NCBI GenBank assembly: GCA_029551925.1
Contig: JAKPEO010000124.1
Coordinates: 672-64,671, forward strand
Source of the DNA: a bacterium
GTDB lineage: Bacteria; JAGOBX01
Reading direction: 5' to 3'
Length of the DNA: 64,000 nt
Position 1 is the stretch's first letter. Every line of letters begins with the position of its first letter. The notes under the pieces were generated by a model. The model was not told the DNA's origin and did not search any database. It saw only the letters and a list, made by a program, of their open reading frames with translations. The position numbers and the translations under genes were made by a program. Positions 60,257 to 64,000 of this stretch are shown one piece after another.

Positions 60257-60823
60257 TTATTTTTTTGCGTTTTGTTTTTTCCGTTTTAAAAAAGTGCCTG
60301 CAACCCGTTCGCTTTTTAATTCATATTTGCCTAATATAATATTAAAAAAACTTTTTATAGATTTTAGCGGATAAAATATAATTTTTGCTGCGGCAAAACT
60401 CAAATAGCCGAGCGCCCTGATTTTTTTTAGTTCTTTATCTGTTATATATTCAGTCCAACTTTTGATTTTTTTTAAATCGCCCATAGATAATAAATTTTCA
60501 AAAAAATCATCGTCTAATTTAACTTTGTTTTTATCTGCTAATTGTTTAAATAATTCAGTGCCCGTCAATAATGAAAAAATACCAATCACGCATTCGTCTA
60601 ATCCTTTAATCGCTAATTTCGCCGAATAATAAATTGTCTCTTGCGCTTCTTTTTTCGTTTCGCCGGGCAAACCAATCATAAAATAGCAAGTAGTATTTAG
60701 TTTCACTTTTTGCGCTGATTGAACGGCGTTTTCAACTATTTTTATATCTAATTGTTTTTTGATGCTCTCATTGCGCACGCGTTCTGACGCGCTTTTTAAT
60801 CTCGCTACTATCACTATAAACAA
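60257..60823 (-). pseudogene. 5'-truncated remnant of a B12-binding radical SAM gene (C-terminal ~190 aa only), paralogous to 25395..26828
   Basis: YFMIGLPGETKKEAQETIYYSAKLAIKGLDECVIGIFSLLTGTELF aligns with FFMLGFPWETKNDIKKTIDFAIELDCDFAEFHIATAFKGTELY of the intact paralog. The frame closes 7 codons upstream, there is no ATG or ribosome-binding site, and the CX3CX2C region is absent. Confidence 0.5.
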
Positions 60824-61009
60824 ACATCCACTATCGTTTCGTCAATGACATTTTGCGAAGAACGCGGACGCCAGCGCAAGCGTCATAATTTCGAAGTATA
60901 GCAAAATACGCATTTATATAAATTTAAACTTAAAAAAACAATGAATTTTTAAATTGACATTACTTTTTTTTAAATTATACTTTCATCGGTTTTTAATAAG
61001 TTTTTTATT

Positions 61010-61711
61010 GTGTTTTTTATGAGTTTTTTTGAATGGTTAGCTACTATTAATAGAAAATGCGATAATCAATATATTCGCAAAATAGCTGAACTTTACGAGG
61101 CTGAAATCTCGCGTTTAGCGAAGTTTCAATTAATAGAAAGATTACGGCAGATACCGCATATTGAAATTGAAGCGCTGCTGCCGAAATCTGGCAAAATACT
61201 CGATGTCGGCGCAGGGCGCGGCGGCTTTGCCGCATATGCGTCATTAAAATCAGAAGCGCGACTGATATTTGGTATTGAGACATATAAAAAAAGATTTAAT
61301 GACGGCTTGAAGATAATGCCAAAATTAAAAAATTTTGTTATGCTTGATTGCGATATTGACGAATTATTAGTAAAAAACGAAAAATTTGATGCTGTTTTAT
61401 TAATGGATATACTCCATCACAACAAATATGAAGACCAAAAAAAAATTATAGAAAAAATTTATAAATTATTGGTCGATAATGGCAAAGTGATTTTACTTGA
61501 ACCGGGCGATTATCCGAAATTTCGATATTTTCTTATTTGGTTATATGACTATTTATTTTATTTTTTAACTATGCCTACTTGTCAATATCGCAGCGAAAAG
61601 GAATGGACTGATTTTTTTGAAAATTTAAAATTCACAAAAAAATATTCTACACAGATTACAAATCGTGGTTTTTTTTTTACAAGAAAAATTATGGTTTTTG
61701 AAAAATTATGA
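61010..61711 (+). CDS. Class I SAM-dependent methyltransferase
   Basis: LDVGAGRGGFAAY motif I and acidic motif II. Confidence 0.7.
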   Translation: MFFMSFFEWLATINRKCDNQYIRKIAELYEAEISRLAKFQLIERLRQIPHIEIEALLPKSGKILDVGAGRGGFAAYASLKSEARLIFGIETYKKRFNDGLKIMPKLKNFVMLDCDIDELLVKNEKFDAVLLMDILHHNKYEDQKKIIEKIYKLLVDNGKVILLEPGDYPKFRYFLIWLYDYLFYFLTMPTCQYRSEKEWTDFFENLKFTKKYSTQITNRGFFFTRKIMVFEKL

Positions 61712-62430
61712 AAGAAGAAAATTTGAAATTAGAAGAACTTACGATTTTTTTTCCATTTTATAATGAAGAGCAAAATATCGAAAATGTAGTAGAAACAGCA
61801 ACTGAAAAATTGCGGAAATATGTTGATTTTGACTATTTGGAAATGATATTGGTTAATGACGGGTCAAAAGACAAAACCGGCGAATTAGCTGATAAATTAT
61901 CAAAAAAATATTCTTTTATAAAAGTAATACATCACAATATCAATAAGGGCTATGGCGCGGCATTAATTTCTGGCTATACAAACGCTACAAAAAAATATAT
62001 TTTTTATACTGATGGCGACGGACAATTTGATATCGATGAAATTAAATTATTAATACCGTATTTGAAAGATTATGATGTTATTACTGGTTATCGCAAAAAA
62101 CGTATTGATCCTACGCATAGATTAGTAATTGCTTTCTTTTTTAATTTATTAATGAAAATTGTTTTTAAAGTTAAAGTGCGCGATGTTGACTGCGCTTTTA
62201 AATTAATAAAAAAAGATGTTTTAAAAGATATTCATTTAGAGAGTCAAGGCGCATTCATTGATGCGGAATTATTGATAAAAGCAGGCAAACAAAATTTTAA
62301 AATTATAGAAGTAGGAGTTACTCATTATCCTCGTAAATTCGGCGAAGCTACTGGCTCGAATCTATTAGTCATCACACGCGCGTTTTTTGAAATATTATAT
62401 AATTTTTATTATTTTTATCTAAAAAAATAA
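61708..62430 (+). CDS. GT2 polyprenyl-phosphate sugar synthase (DPM1/GtrB/ArnC-like)
   Basis: FFPFYNEE...VNDGSKD...YTDGDGQFD DxD-type GT-A motifs. Confidence 0.8.
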   Translation: MKEENLKLEELTIFFPFYNEEQNIENVVETATEKLRKYVDFDYLEMILVNDGSKDKTGELADKLSKKYSFIKVIHHNINKGYGAALISGYTNATKKYIFYTDGDGQFDIDEIKLLIPYLKDYDVITGYRKKRIDPTHRLVIAFFFNLLMKIVFKVKVRDVDCAFKLIKKDVLKDIHLESQGAFIDAELLIKAGKQNFKIIEVGVTHYPRKFGEATGSNLLVITRAFFEILYNFYYFYLKK

Positions 62431-63864
62431 TTAGCGTTTTGTAAATACAAGAAAATACGAATCTTCATAATCAACTAAATATTTTGGATTAGCTAATAAT
62501 TCCTGAATTATTTTTTTTTCGCCCGCATCTCGTAATAAATTTTTGTCGATTATCAATAATTCCGCTTTATCATAAAAATGCGGAAAAGAATATAAAATTT
62601 CATAGTTTGTAAAATATATCGAATATTTATCAGAAACGCAAACGCTTTTAAAATTTAGATTATTAAATTTTCTAATTGTTTTTTTTGCTTGGATTTTGTA
62701 ATCATTAATTTTTGAACAATTTCTTATGCTATTATACTGACGGCTGAATAGTCCCGGACTATAATTATAGTAATTTAAAAATAAAATTAAAATTATAGGA
62801 ATTAAAAATTTTTTTTGTGTTAATAAGAAATTTGTTTTATATTTAATAATAGTATCTACCGCTGCAATAAATAAAGCAACATTAATCGGAGTTGCATAGG
62901 ATACGCGAATATCATATAATGCTGGAAACATTGAAAAAAAACCAATACAAAATAAAGGCAGCGCAGCAACAGAAATTTTATTTGATAACGGCAAAAATAA
63001 AAACGAACCAATCAAACTAAAAAAATAAAATATTTTCTCGCGGATAAATATAACTTTTATTACTCTATTAAATTTTAAAAAAAAATTAATAATTACTTTT
63101 TTGAGATTATCGTCCAAATAGCCATAAAATAATGTAAATTCGTGATTTATAGCGAAATTTGAATATTTAGGAATTAGATAAAAAAACTGCATGCAAAAAT
63201 AAAATAAGAATATTAACGATAATACCAAATATTTTTTTGCGTATTTGTTGTTTAGAAAAAAAATGAATAACAAAATTGCAAGCGTTAATGCTAAAAATTC
63301 TTGGGATATTGCTATTAAGACAGCAAAGAATATAAACCGTTTGAAATTATTTATATGATAGTAATAATAAAGCGGTATAAATAAATAAGCGCCAATATTG
63401 ACAGCATAAAATCCGTGCCATAAACTCCAATTTATTTGCGGATTAAAAATAATAATAGCAAAAATTAAAATCAAAATATTGTTATTTACTTCTTTTTTTT
63501 TTAATAACAAAAATAAATAAAATAGAGATATTCCGAATATTAGCGGACCGCTTAAAAATAATACTAATGGCGAATTAAAAATATAATCCAACATTGCAAA
63601 AATATATAATATATAAAATGAATGAACGCCAAAAAGATTATCTGTTGATTTATAATATAAAAATTCTTGGCTTGTAAATCCCTTGCCTTCAAGAAAATTT
63701 TTTATTGGATGATAAAACCAACCAGTATCATAAAAGGATGAATAATAGCCCCTGTCATCAATATTAATATAAGAATAATAATTTAAAAATAAATATTTAA
63801 TAACAAAAAATAATGATATGCTTAAAATAAAAAAATCAATTATTTTTTTTCTTTTGGCGTGCAA
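62431..63864 (-). CDS. Polytopic membrane protein, possible GT-C-type glycosyltransferase using a lipid-linked sugar donor
   Basis: ~12 TM helices with a ~100-aa C-terminal soluble domain; convergent with and abutting the GT2 gene. Confidence 0.4.
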   Translation of the reverse strand: MHAKRKKIIDFFILSISLFFVIKYLFLNYYSYINIDDRGYYSSFYDTGWFYHPIKNFLEGKGFTSQEFLYYKSTDNLFGVHSFYILYIFAMLDYIFNSPLVLFLSGPLIFGISLFYLFLLLKKKEVNNNILILIFAIIIFNPQINWSLWHGFYAVNIGAYLFIPLYYYYHINNFKRFIFFAVLIAISQEFLALTLAILLFIFFLNNKYAKKYLVLSLIFLFYFCMQFFYLIPKYSNFAINHEFTLFYGYLDDNLKKVIINFFLKFNRVIKVIFIREKIFYFFSLIGSFLFLPLSNKISVAALPLFCIGFFSMFPALYDIRVSYATPINVALFIAAVDTIIKYKTNFLLTQKKFLIPIILILFLNYYNYSPGLFSRQYNSIRNCSKINDYKIQAKKTIRKFNNLNFKSVCVSDKYSIYFTNYEILYSFPHFYDKAELLIIDKNLLRDAGEKKIIQELLANPKYLVDYEDSYFLVFTKR

Positions 63865-64000
63865 ATAAACACCCAGCCCATAGATATGTATTTTAAAACA
63901 GCATATATTTTTCTGCCTAACAAATGAAAAATAAAACTTACAAATATCACTAATTTTCCGCGTTCTTCAATTAAATTGTATTCATTAGGTTTATTTAATA

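Noticed and set aside
60257-60823. Treating the 188-aa ORF as an intact small radical-SAM-accessory gene
   Set aside because: It aligns only to the C-terminal third of the intact paralog and lacks the CX3CX2C motif. It has an in-frame stop 7 codons upstream of a non-ATG track start and no ribosome-binding site. It is called a remnant instead.

Overview
This 64 kb window looks like an ordinary, densely packed chromosomal segment of a very AT-rich bacterium (roughly 25-30% GC by eye), using standard code 11, with many 4-20 nt gene overlaps and short intergenic spacers. Outer-membrane and lipoprotein-processing genes (an outer-membrane protein with C-terminal Phe, lgt, lspA) point to a diderm. 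Type IV pilin-like genes, very large TPR proteins, glutaminyl-tRNA synthetase and a split glycine decarboxylase would fit an Elusimicrobia-like or similarly streamlined lineage, but that is a guess. I call about 55 CDSs, two tRNAs (tRNA-Phe GAA, tRNA-Arg CCT), a few Rho-independent terminators and promoter-like sites, and one probable gene remnant. I see no CRISPR array, transposase, integrase or prophage block, and nothing that looks like a defence island. No single undescribed system stands out; the strongest candidates are these: (1) a large surface protein combining phage tail-fibre-like repeats, near-identical internal DNA repeats and a C-terminal C1q/TNF-like domain, downstream of a two-component/c-di-GMP operon; (2) an anti-sigma-factor-antagonist/anti-sigma-kinase pair in which a cytoplasmic histidine-kinase-like protein with a degenerate receiver takes the place of the sigma factor, translationally coupled to an HhH-GPD glycosylase; (3) an S55 (SpoIVB)-like peptidase whose Ser and His motifs appear in swapped order, next to a standalone secreted propeller/Y_Y_Y sensor-like protein; (4) a long co-directional operon from GDP-mannose dehydratase through a cNMP-binding protein, a DUF4254-like protein, lgt and lspA to an XRE regulator and a Suv3-like helicase with zinc ribbons; (5) an EF-G paralog whose catalytic switch-II His is Tyr; (6) a 15-nt homopolymer inside a membrane hydrolase gene; (7) a lipid-linked glycosylation cassette with a 5'-truncated radical-SAM remnant. 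All domain calls are by-eye motif recognition and need profile searches to confirm; my manual coordinates may be off by a base or so.
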